Shown piece after piece: positions 29,305 to 41,989 of a stretch of 64,000 bases of DNA (positions within the stretch are counted from its first letter, which is position 1; each line of letters begins with the position of its first letter). Location: the NCBI RefSeq assembly GCF_000006765.1, contig NC_002516.2. The stretch is one strand, 5' to 3'. This DNA comes from Pseudomonas aeruginosa PAO1 (lineage in GTDB: Bacteria; Pseudomonadota; Gammaproteobacteria; Pseudomonadales; Pseudomonadaceae). The position numbers and the translations under genes were made by a program. The notes beneath the pieces are model-generated. The model was not told the DNA's origin. It saw nothing but the letters and a program-made list of their open reading frames with translations, and did not search any database.

Positions 29305-30195
29305 TCAGCGGATCTCGCTGGGGGAGATGCCGTAGCGCTTGCGGAAAGCGATGGAGAAATGCGCCGGGCTGTAGCCCACCCGGTAGGCCACCGTGGAGAC
29401 ATTCGCCTCTTCGTCGCAGAGCATCCGGTGCGCCTCGCGCAGGCGGTATTCCTGCAGGTAGCCGAATACGCTGGCGCCGAACACCTTGCGAAAGCCGGCA
29501 GTCAGCTTGCGCGGGTTCATGCCCACGCGGCTGGCCAGCGTGTCCAGCGACGGCGGCTCCTGCAAGGCGCCGACCAGCAGGTCGCGGGCGGCGTGGATGC
29601 GCTCGACCTCCGAGCAGGTGATGCGCGGCTCCTCGACGGGGCGCCCCTCGCCGGAAAGGAACTGTGCGCTGAGCGCGGCCAACTCCAGGGCCTTGCCGCC
29701 GAGGTAGAGATCGCGGGTCGGACCGAGCATCTGGCAGGTGGCGATCTGCGAGGCCAACGCCTGCATCGCCCGCGGCGCCGGGCAGCTCATGATCCGCGGA
29801 TCGCCGCCGGGGCGGCGTATCAGTTGCTCGGGCAGCCAGCCGAGGCGGCTGTCCAGGGCTTCGACGCCGAGCTGGACGATGGTGTAGCGCAACGGCTTGT
29901 CGGTGCCGTAGATCTGCGCCGAGGTGAAGTCGCCATCGTTGGCGATGGTGCACAGGCTCGGCCCCTCGATGAGGTGCTCGGGCTGGCCGGGAATCCGGCA
30001 GCGCAACTGGCCGCTCTGCACGAGGATCAGGCGCAGGCCGCGCTCCAGCGGTTCCTCGAACCAGTCCTCGCTGGCCGAACAGAAGGTTCCGGTCACCAGC
30101 TTCATGTTCGGATCGATGTGCGCGACGCCGGGCCGGTTGCCCGGTGCCGGCGCGGCGGCATCGGCCTGTGGCGGAGCAATGATGGTGATGGTCAT
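29305..30195 (-). CDS. pchR: AraC-family pyochelin-responsive regulator
   Basis: 296 aa from ATG 30195 (MTITIIAPP); C-terminal AraC HTH (VAYRVGYSPAHFSIAFRKRYG). Confidence 0.96.
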   Translation of the reverse strand: MTITIIAPPQADAAAPAPGNRPGVAHIDPNMKLVTGTFCSASEDWFEEPLERGLRLILVQSGQLRCRIPGQPEHLIEGPSLCTIANDGDFTSAQIYGTDKPLRYTIVQLGVEALDSRLGWLPEQLIRRPGGDPRIMSCPAPRAMQALASQIATCQMLGPTRDLYLGGKALELAALSAQFLSGEGRPVEEPRITCSEVERIHAARDLLVGALQEPPSLDTLASRVGMNPRKLTAGFRKVFGASVFGYLQEYRLREAHRMLCDEEANVSTVAYRVGYSPAHFSIAFRKRYGISPSEIR

Positions 30196-30308
30196 CAGGT
30201 TTTCCTGTAGCCCGGGCGCTGCCGACGCGGCGACGCCTTCCTGGATACGTGGGGGCAGGGGACTTTTTAGCGGAGATGGACAAAGCGCCCTGCACTCCGC
30301 CCCTGCAG

Positions 30309-30334
30309 CGAATGAAAAAGCCCCGCAATCGAAA
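30309..30334 (+). promoter_or_regulatory. PchR box (pchD/pchR)
   Basis: CGAATGAAAAAGCCCCGCAATCGAAA, homologous to the fptA box. Confidence 0.85.
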
Positions 30335-30366
30335 GGCGCGGGCTTGCGCGGTCCCTGCCGCCCGCC

Positions 30367-30385
30367 AATGATAATAAATCTCATT
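30367..30385 (+). promoter_or_regulatory. Fur box of the pchD promoter
   Basis: AATGATAATAAATCTCATT, Fur-like dyad. Confidence 0.85.
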
Positions 30386-30423
30386 TCCCAACAATGGCAA
30401 TCGACCGCATCCACGGAGATCGC

Positions 30424-32067
30424 ATGACTTCCTCGCCCGTCACCCCATCGGCCGTCGACGACGCCCCCGACTGGCCCGCCGCCTTCGTCCGCCGCTATCT
30501 CGACGCCGGCCACTGGCAGGACCAGAGCTTCGCCGAAGCCCTGGCCACCAGCGCCGCGCGCCATCCGCGGCGGATCGCGCTCTGCGACGACGACCAGCGG
30601 CTCAGCTATGCCGACCTGCTCCAGCGCTGCCGCCGCCTGGCAGCCGGACTGCGCCAGGCCGGCCTCGCACATGGCGACACGGTAGTGCTGCACCTGCCCA
30701 ACGGCATCGCCTTCGTCGAGACCTGCTTCGCCCTGTTCCAGCTCGGCGTACGCCCGGTGCTCGCCCTCCCCGCCCATCGCCAGCATGAGATCAGCGGTTT
30801 CTGTCGCTTCGCCGAGGCCAAGGCCTACATCGGCGCCGAACGGATCGACGGCTTCGACCCACGGCCGATGGCCCGTGAGCTGCTCGCCAGCGGCGCCTGC
30901 CGGATGGCGCTGATCCACGGCGAAGCCGAGGCGCCGCTGCAAGCGCTGGCACCGCTGTACCAGGCCGACGCGCTGGAAGACTGCGCCGCCCGCGCCGAGG
31001 ATATCGCCTGCTTCCAGTTGTCCGGCGGCACCACCGGCACGCCGAAGCTGATTCCCCGGCGTCATCGCGAGTATCTCTACAACGTCCGCGCCAGCGCCGA
31101 GGTCTGCGGCTTCGACGAGCACACGGTGTACCTCACCGGCTTGCCGATGGCGCACAACTTCACTCTCTGCTGCCCCGGAGTGATCGGCACGCTGCTGGCC
31201 AGCGGCCGCGTGGTGGTCAGCCAGCGCGCCGATCCCGAGCATTGCTTCGCCCTGATCGCCCGTGAACGGGTCACCCACACCGCCCTGGTACCGCCGCTGG
31301 CGATGCTCTGGCTGGATGCCCAGGAAAGCCGCCGCGCCGATCTATCCAGCCTGCGTCTGCTCCAGGTCGGCGGCTCCAGGCTCGGCAGCAGTGCCGCGCA
31401 ACGCGTCGAACCGGTGCTCGGCTGCCAGTTGCAACAGGTGCTGGGAATGGCCGAGGGGCTGATCTGCTACACCCGCCTGGACGATCCGCCCGAACGCGTG
31501 CTGCATACCCAGGGCCGGCCGCTGTCGCCGGACGACGAAGTGCGGGTGGTCGACGCCGAGGGCCGCGAGGTCGGCCCCGGCGAGGTGGGCGAACTGACCG
31601 TGCGCGGTCCCTACACCATCCGCGGCTACTACCGCCTGCCTGAACACAACGCCAAGGCCTTCAGCGCGGACGGCTTCTACCGCACCGGCGACCGGGTCAG
31701 CCGCGACAAGGACGGCTACCTGGTGGTGGAGGGCCGCGACAAGGACCAGATCAACCGCGGCGGCGAGAAGATCGCCGCGGAAGAGGTGGAGAACCTGCTG
31801 ATAGCCCATCCGCAGGTGCACGACGCCACCGTCGTGGCGATGCCCGACAGCCTGCTCGGCGAGCGCACCTGCGCCTTCGTCATCCCGCGCCAGCCGGCGC
31901 CCTCGGCGCTGAAGCTGAAGCAATACCTGCACGCCTGCGGGCTGGCCGCGTTCAAGGTGCCGGACCGCATCGAGCTGGTCCCGGCCTTCCCCCAAACCGG
32001 CATCGGCAAGATCAGCAAGAAGGACCTGCGCGAGCGCCTGCGCCGCGAGCTGGAGGCCCGCGCATGA
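30424..32067 (+). CDS. pchD: Salicylate-AMP ligase
   Basis: 547 aa from ATG 30424; SGGTTGTPK, AHNF, YRTGD, INRGGEKI (EntE/DhbE family). Confidence 0.97.
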   Translation: MTSSPVTPSAVDDAPDWPAAFVRRYLDAGHWQDQSFAEALATSAARHPRRIALCDDDQRLSYADLLQRCRRLAAGLRQAGLAHGDTVVLHLPNGIAFVETCFALFQLGVRPVLALPAHRQHEISGFCRFAEAKAYIGAERIDGFDPRPMARELLASGACRMALIHGEAEAPLQALAPLYQADALEDCAARAEDIACFQLSGGTTGTPKLIPRRHREYLYNVRASAEVCGFDEHTVYLTGLPMAHNFTLCCPGVIGTLLASGRVVVSQRADPEHCFALIARERVTHTALVPPLAMLWLDAQESRRADLSSLRLLQVGGSRLGSSAAQRVEPVLGCQLQQVLGMAEGLICYTRLDDPPERVLHTQGRPLSPDDEVRVVDAEGREVGPGEVGELTVRGPYTIRGYYRLPEHNAKAFSADGFYRTGDRVSRDKDGYLVVEGRDKDQINRGGEKIAAEEVENLLIAHPQVHDATVVAMPDSLLGERTCAFVIPRQPAPSALKLKQYLHACGLAAFKVPDRIELVPAFPQTGIGKISKKDLRERLRRELEARA

Positions 32068-32819
32068 GCGCCGCCTGGGTCCGGCCGTTCCGCCTGACGC
32101 CGATGCCGCGCCTGCGCCTGGCCTGCTTCCCCCATGCAGGCGGCAGCGCCAGCTTCTTCCGTAGCTGGAGCGAACGCCTGCCGCCAGACATCGACCTGCT
32201 TGCCCTGCAGTACCCGGGTCGCGAGGACCGCTTCAACGAGGCGCCGGCCACCCGCCTGGAGGACCTCGCCGACGGCGCCGCCCTCGCCCTGCGCGATTTC
32301 GCCGACGCGCCCCTGGCGCTGTTCGGCCACAGTCTCGGCGCGGCGCTGGCCTACGAAACCGCCCTGCGCCTGGAAAGCGCCGGCGCGCCGCTGCGCCACC
32401 TGTTCGTCTCCGCCCATCCGGCACCGCACCGGCAACGCGGCGGCGCGTTGCACCGCGGCGACGAGGCGGCGCTGCTGGAGGACGTCCGCCGCCAGGGTGG
32501 CGCCAGCGAGCTACTCGAGGACGCCGACCTGCGCGCGCTGTTCCTGCCGATCCTGCGCGCCGACTACCAGGCGATCGAGACCTACCGACGGGCGCAGCCC
32601 ATCGCCCTGGCCTGCGCCCTCGACGTCCTCCTCGGCGAGCACGACGAGGAAGTCAGCGCCGCCGAGGCGCAGGCCTGGAGCGACGCCAGCCGGACTCCCG
32701 CCAGGCTGCGGCGCTTTCCTGGCGGCCACTTCTACCTGAGCGAGGGGCGCGACGCGGTGATCGAGCACCTGCTGCGCCGCCTCGCACATCCCGACGCCCT
32801 TTCCCGAGAGGTTGCATGA
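32064..32819 (+). CDS. pchC: Type II thioesterase
   Basis: 251 aa; FPHAGG, GHSLG, GGHFY. Confidence 0.96.
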   Translation: MSAAWVRPFRLTPMPRLRLACFPHAGGSASFFRSWSERLPPDIDLLALQYPGREDRFNEAPATRLEDLADGAALALRDFADAPLALFGHSLGAALAYETALRLESAGAPLRHLFVSAHPAPHRQRGGALHRGDEAALLEDVRRQGGASELLEDADLRALFLPILRADYQAIETYRRAQPIALACALDVLLGEHDEEVSAAEAQAWSDASRTPARLRRFPGGHFYLSEGRDAVIEHLLRRLAHPDALSREVA

Positions 32820-33124
32820 TGAAAACTCCCGAAGACTGCACCGGCCTGGCGGACATCCGCGAGGCCATCGACCGGATCGACCTGGATATCGTCCAGGCCC
32901 TCGGCCGCCGCATGGACTACGTCAAGGCGGCGTCGCGCTTCAAGGCCAGCGAGGCGGCGATTCCGGCGCCCGAGCGGGTCGCCGCGATGCTCCCCGAGCG
33001 CGCCCGCTGGGCCGAGGAAAACGGACTCGACGCGCCCTTCGTCGAGGGACTGTTCGCGCAGATCATCCACTGGTACATCGCCGAGCAGATCAAGTACTGG
33101 CGCCAGACACGGGGTGCCGCATGA
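32819..33124 (+). CDS. pchB: Isochorismate-pyruvate lyase
   Basis: 101 aa (ATG 32816 is an alternative); chorismate-mutase fold, IREAIDRID. Confidence 0.96.
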   Translation: MKTPEDCTGLADIREAIDRIDLDIVQALGRRMDYVKAASRFKASEAAIPAPERVAAMLPERARWAEENGLDAPFVEGLFAQIIHWYIAEQIKYWRQTRGAA

Positions 33125-34551
33125 GCCGGCTGGCGCCCCTGAGCCAGTGCCTGCACGCCTTGCGCGGCACCTTCGAGCGCGCCATCGGCCAGGCGCAGGC
33201 GCTCGATCGTCCGGTGCTGGTGGCGGCATCGTTCGAGATCGACCCATTGGACCCGCTGCAGGTATTCGGTGCCTGGGACGACCGGCAAACGCCCTGCCTG
33301 TACTGGGAACAGCCCGAGCTGGCGTTCTTCGCCTGGGGCTGCGCCCTGGAGCTGCAAGGCCACGGCGAACAGCGCTTCGCCCGGATCGAGGAAAACTGGC
33401 AATTGCTCTGCGCCGACGCCGTGGTCGAGGGCCCGCTGGCGCCGCGCCTGTGCGGCGGATTCCGCTTCGATCCGCGCGGCCCGCGCGAGGAACACTGGCA
33501 AGCCTTCGCCGATGCCAGCCTGATGCTCGCCGGCATCACCGTGCTGCGCGAGGGCGAACGCTACCGGGTACTCTGCCAACACCTGGCCAAGCCCGGCGAA
33601 GATGCCCTGGCCCTGGCCGCCTACCACTGCTCGGCGCTACTGCGCCTGAGGCAGCCGGCCAGACGCCGGCCCTCGGGGCCGACCGCTGGCGCGCAGGGCG
33701 ACGCTTCGGCGCAGGAGCGCAGGCAATGGGAAGCCAAGGTGAGCGACGCGGTAAGCAGTGTCCGCCAGGGACGCTTCGGCAAGGTCGTGCTGGCCCGCAC
33801 CCAGGCCCGGCCTCTCGGCGACATCGAGCCGTGGCAGGTCATCGAACACCTGCGTCTGCAACATGCCGACGCCCAGCTGTTCGCCTGTCGCCGCGGCAAC
33901 GCCTGCTTCCTCGGCGCCTCCCCGGAACGCCTGGTCCGCATTCGCGCCGGCGAGGCACTCACCCATGCCCTGGCCGGGACCATCGCCCGCGGCGGCGATG
34001 CCCAGGAAGATGCGCGGCTCGGACAGGCCCTGCTGGACAGCGCCAAGGACAGGCACGAACACCAGTTGGTGGTGGAGGCGATCCGTACGGCCCTGGAACC
34101 CTTCAGCGAGGTGCTGGAAATCCCCGATGCGCCCGGCCTGAAACGACTGGCGCGAGTCCAGCACCTGAACACGCCGATCCGCGCCCGCCTCGCTGACGCA
34201 GGCGGCATCCTGCGGCTGCTACAAGCGCTGCATCCGACCCCCGCGGTGGGCGGCTACCCACGCAGCGCGGCGCTGGACTACATCCGCCAGCACGAAGGGA
34301 TGGACCGCGGCTGGTACGCCGCGCCGCTGGGCTGGCTCGACGGCGAAGGCAACGGCGATTTCCTGGTGGCGCTGCGCTCGGCCCTGCTCACGCCGGGCCG
34401 GGGCTACCTGTTCGCCGGCTGCGGTCTGGTAGGCGATTCGGAACCGGCCCACGAGTATCGCGAAACCTGCCTTAAGCTCAGTGCCATGCGGGAAGCTCTA
34501 TCCGCCATAGGCGGCCTGGACGAAGTGCCCTTGCAGCGCGGCGTCGCCTGA
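33121..34551 (+). CDS. pchA: Isochorismate synthase
   Basis: 476 aa from ATG 33121; KVVLAR, GASPERL, LHPTPAVGG, AGCGLV. Confidence 0.96.
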   Translation: MSRLAPLSQCLHALRGTFERAIGQAQALDRPVLVAASFEIDPLDPLQVFGAWDDRQTPCLYWEQPELAFFAWGCALELQGHGEQRFARIEENWQLLCADAVVEGPLAPRLCGGFRFDPRGPREEHWQAFADASLMLAGITVLREGERYRVLCQHLAKPGEDALALAAYHCSALLRLRQPARRRPSGPTAGAQGDASAQERRQWEAKVSDAVSSVRQGRFGKVVLARTQARPLGDIEPWQVIEHLRLQHADAQLFACRRGNACFLGASPERLVRIRAGEALTHALAGTIARGGDAQEDARLGQALLDSAKDRHEHQLVVEAIRTALEPFSEVLEIPDAPGLKRLARVQHLNTPIRARLADAGGILRLLQALHPTPAVGGYPRSAALDYIRQHEGMDRGWYAAPLGWLDGEGNGDFLVALRSALLTPGRGYLFAGCGLVGDSEPAHEYRETCLKLSAMREALSAIGGLDEVPLQRGVA

Positions 34552-34594
34552 AAACGAAGACCCCCTGCGGCCCGAGGGCGGCAGGGGGTCTTCG
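34551..34594. terminator. Intrinsic terminator between convergent pchA and ssb
   Basis: 14-bp stem CGAAGACCCCCTGC/GCAGGGGGTCTTCG; A4 at 34551-34554 gives a U-tract on the minus (ssb) strand. Confidence 0.8.
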
Positions 34595-34639
34595 AAGGTC
34601 TGCCCGTGGCGCGGACGGGCCGCGCCGCAAGGGCGTCGC

Positions 34640-35137
34640 TTAGAACGGAATGTCGTCGTCGAAGCTGTCGTAGTCCTGGGCCGGTTGCGGCGCCGGTTGC
34701 TGCTGCGGGGCCGGACGCGACTGCTGCTGCGGGGCCTGCTGCGGGCGCTGCATGGGCTCGCGCGGGGCGCGCTGCGAATCGTCGCCGGAGGGGCGGCCGC
34801 CGAGCAACTGCATGTTGCCGTTGATGTCGACCACGATCTCGGTGGTGTAGCGATCCTGACCGTCCTGGCCCTGCCACTTGCGGGTGCGCAGGCTGCCTTC
34901 GACGTAGACCTGGGAACCCTTGCGCAGGTACTCGCCGGCGATCTCCGCCAGGCGGCCGAAGAACACCACGCGGTGCCATTCGGTGCGCTCCTGTTGCTGG
35001 CCGGTCTGCTTGTCCTTCCAGCTCTCGCTGGTGGCGAGGGTGATGTTGGTCACCGCATTGCCGTTGGGCATGTAGCGGGTTTCCGGGTCACCACCGACGT
35101 TACCAACCAGAATGACTTTGTTAACCCCACGGGCCAT
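34640..35137 (-). CDS. ssb: Single-stranded DNA-binding protein
   Basis: 165 aa; OB fold, Q/P linker, C-terminal DDDIPF. Confidence 0.99.
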   Translation of the reverse strand: MARGVNKVILVGNVGGDPETRYMPNGNAVTNITLATSESWKDKQTGQQQERTEWHRVVFFGRLAEIAGEYLRKGSQVYVEGSLRTRKWQGQDGQDRYTTEIVVDINGNMQLLGGRPSGDDSQRAPREPMQRPQQAPQQQSRPAPQQQPAPQPAQDYDSFDDDIPF

Positions 35138-35153
35138 GACGTTCTCCTAAGGT

Positions 35154-36542
35154 TCAGCATCCGCCCGGCGCGGCCTGGGCCAGGCGCTCGAGGGCGGTGC
35201 GATCCACTTGTTGGGTATCCACTTTGACATAGGCGGCGGCCTCCTCGGCCACCACCACGGCGTCTGCCACACCGGGCAACGCCCTGAATCGCTGGACCAG
35301 CACCGCGTCCTGCAGCGCGGCGGGCGCGAGCGGCAGGCGAATGCTGGTCACATAAGGCGGTTCGCGCATGGTAACAGCAATCGCCAGCCAGAGGGCAGCG
35401 AGCACCGCGCATCCGATGAACACCATGCTCAGCCCGCCGTGCTGGAACATCCAGCCGCCGAGGATGCCGCCCAGCGCCGCGCCGAGGAACTGGCTGGTGG
35501 AATACACCCCCATCGCCGTGCCCTTGCCGCCGGCCGGCGAGACCTTGCTGACCAGCGACGGCAGCGAGGCTTCGAGCAGGTTGAAGGCAGTGAAGAACAC
35601 CACCGTGCCGACCACCAGCATGGCCAGGCTGTGACCGAAGACCAGGAAGAACAGTTCGCAGGCCAGCAGGGTCGCCACCGCGCCGGTCAGCACGCGCTTC
35701 ATGCGACGCTTCTTCTCGGCGTAGATGATGAACGGCACCATGCCGAAGAAACCGACCAGCAGCGCGGTCAGGTAGACCCACCAGTGCTGCTCCTTGGGCA
35801 GGCCCCCCTCGTGCACCAGTGCCAGCGGCAAGGCGACGAAGCTGGCCATGAGGATGGCGTGGAGGATCAGGATGCCGGCGTCCAGGCGCAGCAGGTCGCC
35901 GTGCTTCAGGGTCGGCAGCAGGGCCTGGCGCGCCACGCTGGATTCGCGGTGCTGGGTCATGTGGTCCGGCTGCGGGACGAAGAACAGGATCAGCAGCAGG
36001 CCGACCAGCGCCATCCCGGCGGTGAACCAGAACAGCCCATGCAGGCCGAACAGATGGGTCAGCACCGGGCCGAGCACCATGGCCACGGCGAAGGAGACGC
36101 CGATGCTCATGCCGATCATCGCCATCGCCTTGGTCCGGTGCTGCTCGCGGGTGAGGTCGGAGAGCAGCGCCATCACCGCCGCCGAGATCGCCCCGGCGCC
36201 CTGCAGGACGCGGCCGGCGATCACCCCCCAGATGGAGTCGGCATTGGCCGCGAGGGCCGCGCCGGCGGCGAAGATCAGCAGCCCGACGACGATCACCGGG
36301 CGCCGGCCGATGCGGTCGGAAATGGTCCCGAAGGGAATCTGCAGGATCGCCTGGGTCAGGCCATAGGCGCCGATGGCCAGGCCGATCAGCGCCGGGGTCG
36401 CGCCGGCCAGGTCCTGGCCGTAGGTGGCCAGCACCGGCAGGACCATGAACATGCCGAGCATGCGGAAGGCGAATACCAGTGACAGCCCGACGGCCGCTCG
36501 CGTTTCGGTACCGCTCATCCGCTCAGTATGTGAGTCGTGCAT
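35154..36542 (-). CDS. MFS transporter (YajR-like, PA4233)
   Basis: 462 aa from ATG 36542; motif A ([10 protein letters not shown]), RVLQGAGA; about 12 TMs plus a small C-terminal domain. Confidence 0.88.
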   Translation of the reverse strand: MHDSHTERMSGTETRAAVGLSLVFAFRMLGMFMVLPVLATYGQDLAGATPALIGLAIGAYGLTQAILQIPFGTISDRIGRRPVIVVGLLIFAAGAALAANADSIWGVIAGRVLQGAGAISAAVMALLSDLTREQHRTKAMAMIGMSIGVSFAVAMVLGPVLTHLFGLHGLFWFTAGMALVGLLLILFFVPQPDHMTQHRESSVARQALLPTLKHGDLLRLDAGILILHAILMASFVALPLALVHEGGLPKEQHWWVYLTALLVGFFGMVPFIIYAEKKRRMKRVLTGAVATLLACELFFLVFGHSLAMLVVGTVVFFTAFNLLEASLPSLVSKVSPAGGKGTAMGVYSTSQFLGAALGGILGGWMFQHGGLSMVFIGCAVLAALWLAIAVTMREPPYVTSIRLPLAPAALQDAVLVQRFRALPGVADAVVVAEEAAAYVKVDTQQVDRTALERLAQAAPGGC

Positions 36543-36694
36543 AACACCCTCATGGAAGAAACCGCTGCAGGGCAAGGCCTCATGCCCCTGCCGATGGCGC
36601 CGCCGCCCGCTCCTGGGCGGCCGGGGCAATGCCCGCGCCGGAAAAATGCCGCGCATTCTACCAGTCCGCCCCCTCGCGGCACAGGCGCGCCACT

Positions 36695-36724
36695 TTGCCG
36701 CGCGCTAGCGGCCAGCCGTATAAT
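36695..36724 (+). promoter_or_regulatory. Sigma70 promoter candidate for uvrA
   Basis: TTGCCG-18 bp-TATAAT. Confidence 0.65.
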
Positions 36725-36755
36725 CAGCGGTTTTCGCCCGCCATGCGAGGCCGCT

Positions 36756-39593
<2,838 letters not shown>

Positions 39594-39608
39594 TTGCCGG
39601 GCGCTCAT

Positions 39609-39647
39609 GAAAAAGCCCCTGCGACCGTGAGGCGCAGGGGCTTTTTC
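39609..39647. terminator. Bidirectional intrinsic terminator (uvrA/ftnA)
   Basis: GAAAAAGCCCCTGCG-9 nt-CGCAGGGGCTTTTTC. Confidence 0.9.
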
Positions 39648-39664
39648 GTATCCGCGGGGTAGGG

Positions 39665-40129
39665 TCAGATCTGCGATTGCAGGTAGTTCTCCAGGCCCAT
39701 CCTGGCGATCAGGCCAAGCTGTTGCTCCAACCAGTAGGCGTGGTCTTCCTCGGTGTCGGCCAACTGGGCCTTGAGGATGTCGCGGCTGACGAAGTCCTTG
39801 TGCTGCTCGCAGAGGGCGATGCCCTTGGCCAGCGCGGCGCGGACATGGCGCTCGAGCTTGAGGTCGGCCTCGAGCATCTCCGGCACCGTGGTGCCCGGGT
39901 GGATATCGTCGGGACGCATGCGCGGCGTACCTTCGAGCAGGAGGATACGGCGCAGCAGGGCGTCGGCGTGCTGGGTCTCCTCCTCCATCTCGTGGTTGAG
40001 GCGCTCGTAGAGCTTGCTGAAGCCCCAGTCCTCGTACATGCGCGAGTGGATGAAGTACTGGTCGCGCGCGGCCAGCTCGCCGGTCAACAGCGTATTGAGG
40101 TAATCGATGACTTCCGGATGGCCTTGCAT
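39665..40129 (-). CDS. ftnA: Bacterial ferritin FtnA (formerly BfrA)
   Basis: 154 aa from ATG 40129; ferroxidase residues (E18, EETQH, EEDH); lacks the heme-ligand Met52 ([10 protein letters not shown]). Confidence 0.95.
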
Positions 40130-40186
40130 CGGGGGGCTCTCCCTGGAGAAAACTAGGAATCTAGCCGCATATGCTCCCGGCTCCGC

Positions 40187-40200
40187 CTGATCCGGGTCAA
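40187..40200 (-). promoter_or_regulatory. Anr/Fnr box upstream of ftnA
   Basis: TTGAC-CCGG-ATCAG; centred about 42 bp from a TSS predicted from -10 TAGATT (40158-40163), which is class II spacing. Confidence 0.75.
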
Positions 40201-40212
40201 GCCAATGCAGAT

Positions 40213-40240
40213 AAAAAAGCCCCCTTCCTAGGAAGGGGGC
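40213..40240 (-). terminator. katA intrinsic terminator
   Basis: GCCCCCTTCC/GGAAGGGGGC stem followed by U6 on the minus strand. Confidence 0.9.
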
Positions 40241-40259
40241 CGGGGGCCTCATCAGGCCA
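40213..40259 (-). ncRNA. katA 3'-UTR RNA with a PrrF-complementary seed (consistent with the reported sponge SkatA)
   Basis: mRNA GCCUGAUGAGG (40247-40257) is complementary to the PrrF seed CCUCAUCAGGC as I recall it; boundaries are approximate. Confidence 0.6.
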
Positions 40260-41708
40260 TCAGTCCAGCTTCAGGCCGAGGGCGTCGGCGACGCCTTTGC
40301 CGTAGGCCGGGTCGACCTTGAGGAACAGGCCGATCTGGCGACGCTGGATCTGTTCCGGTACATCGCGGATGTCTTCGGCGATGTTGGCGAACAGCCGCTG
40401 CTTCTGCTCGTCGGTGAACAGATGGAACAGCGCGGCGGGCTGGCTGTAGTAGTCGTCGTCCACCCGGTGGTTCCAGTGGTCCGCCGCGCCCTCCAGGCTC
40501 AGCGGCGGCTCGGAGAAGTCAGGCTGCTCCTGCCACTGGTTGAAGCTGTTCGGCTCGTAGGTGACGCGCTGATGGGCGTTGTTGCCGTCCACCCGCATGC
40601 CGCCATCGCGGTGGTAGACCTGGTGCGGGCAACGCGCGGCGTTCACCGGGATCTGGTGGTGGTTGACGCCCAGGCGATAGCGATGGGCGTCGCCGTAGGA
40701 GAACAGACGGCCCTGGAGCATCTTGTCCGGCGAGAAACCGATACCGGGCACCACGTTGGCCGGCGTGAAAGCGGCCTGCTCGACCTCGGCGAAGTAGTTG
40801 TCCGGGTTACGGTTCAGCTCGAAGAAGCCCACTTCGATCAACGGGTAGTCACCGTGGGGCCAGACCTTGGTCAGGTCGAACGGGTTGTAGCGATAGGTAG
40901 CCGCTTCCTTCTCGGGCATGATCTGCACGTACATCTTCCAGCGCGGGAAGTCGCCTTTCTCGATGCTCTCGTACAAGTCGCGCTGCGAACTCTCGCGGTC
41001 CTGGGCGATCACTTCGGCGGCCTCGGCGTTGGTCAGGTTCTCGATGCCCTGTTGGGTCTTGAAGTGGAACTTGACCCAGAAGCGCTCGTTGTTCGCATTG
41101 ATGAAGCTGAAGGTATGGCTGCCGAAACCATGGATGTGCCGATAGCTCTTCGGCAGGCCGCGGTCGCTGAAGTCGATGGTCAACTGATGCAGCGACTCGG
41201 GGAGGTGAGAGAAAAAGTCCCACTTGAAGGTCGCATTGCGCAGGTTGGTGCGCGGGTCACGCTTCACCACGTGGTTGAGATCGGGGAACTTGAGCGGGTC
41301 GCGCAGATAGAACACCGGGGTGTTGTTGCCGACCAGGTCCCAATTGCCCTGCTCGGTGTAGAAACGCATGGAGAAGCCGCGGATGTCACGCTCGGCATCC
41401 GCCGCGCCACGCTCACCGGCGACGGTGGAGAAGCGCAGGAACATATCGGTCTTCTTGCCGACCTGGGAGAAGATCTTCGCCCGGGTGTAGGGGGTGATGT
41501 CATGGGTGACGGTGAAGGTGCCGTAGGCCGCGGAGCCTTTCGCATGCATGCGTCGCTCGGGGATCACTTCGCGATCGAAGTGGGCGAGCTTCTCGAGGAA
41601 CCACACGTCCTGCAGCAACATCGGGCCACGCGGACCGGCGGTCTGCACGTTCTGGTTATCGACCACCGGTGCGCCAGCGGCAGTGGTCAGGCGGGTCTTC
41701 TCTTCCAT
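40260..41708 (-). CDS. katA: Major monofunctional catalase
   Basis: 482 aa; [24 protein letters not shown]. Confidence 0.99.
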
Positions 41709-41714
41709 TTACTC

Positions 41715-41730
41715 TCTCCTCAACGGCTAA
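41715..41730 (-). promoter_or_regulatory. PrrF pairing site over the katA Shine-Dalgarno
   Basis: mRNA UUAGCC-GU-UGAGGAGA is complementary to PrrF UCUCCUCA...GGCUAA (recalled sequence). Confidence 0.65.
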
Positions 41731-41781
41731 CGTGCTATGAAGCGAAGCGGCTACACGGAAATCATCAGCGTGGACCAGGGA

Positions 41782-41795
41782 TTGGCGGAAGACAA
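41782..41795 (-). promoter_or_regulatory. Possible Anr box upstream of katA
   Basis: TTGTC-TTCC-GCCAA, 4/5 per half-site against TTGAC-N4-GTCAA. Confidence 0.45.
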
Positions 41796-41897
41796 CCTGT
41801 CGGCTGAACCAAGCGCCCTTTGCATTGATCTCGCTTATCCGAACGTAGCTTTTCGTAAAAGCAGGTTAAGGATGAATGACAGCCCTCCTACAATCCA

Positions 41898-41934
41898 ATT
41901 TATTAAAGAAAGCGAGCCGATAGATAAAAACTTT
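41898..41934. promoter_or_regulatory. Possible OxyR site upstream of katA
   Basis: ATTT-N7-AAAG-N7-ATAG-N7-CTTT keeps the OxyR tetrad spacing; the distal half is strong and the proximal half weak. Confidence 0.45.
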
Positions 41935-41946
41935 AAGGCAGGTAAT

Positions 41947-41972
41947 AAAAAAACCGGGCCTGGGCCCGGTTT
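41947..41972 (-). terminator. Alpha-operon (rplQ) terminator
   Basis: AAACCGGGCC/GGCCCGGTTT stem with an A7 run (U-tract on the minus strand). Confidence 0.88.
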
Positions 41973-41989
41973 CTTGTGCAGCAGATGCC

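Noticed and set aside
29305-31278. 657-aa minus ORF containing PchR
   Set aside because: The extension runs through the pchD promoter and antisense pchD. PchR starts at 30195 with a plausible SD.
32812-33120. N-terminal extensions in the ORF track for pchA (also phzD, phzE, pchH, pchG, uvrA, ftnA, rpsH, rpsN, rplC, rpmD)
   Set aside because: They overlap upstream genes or promoters in other frames. Downstream starts have SDs or stop-start overlaps and give family-typical lengths.
34680-34770. CAG/CCG-rich short repeats in ssb
   Set aside because: They encode the normal Gln/Pro disordered SSB linker; not a contingency repeat.
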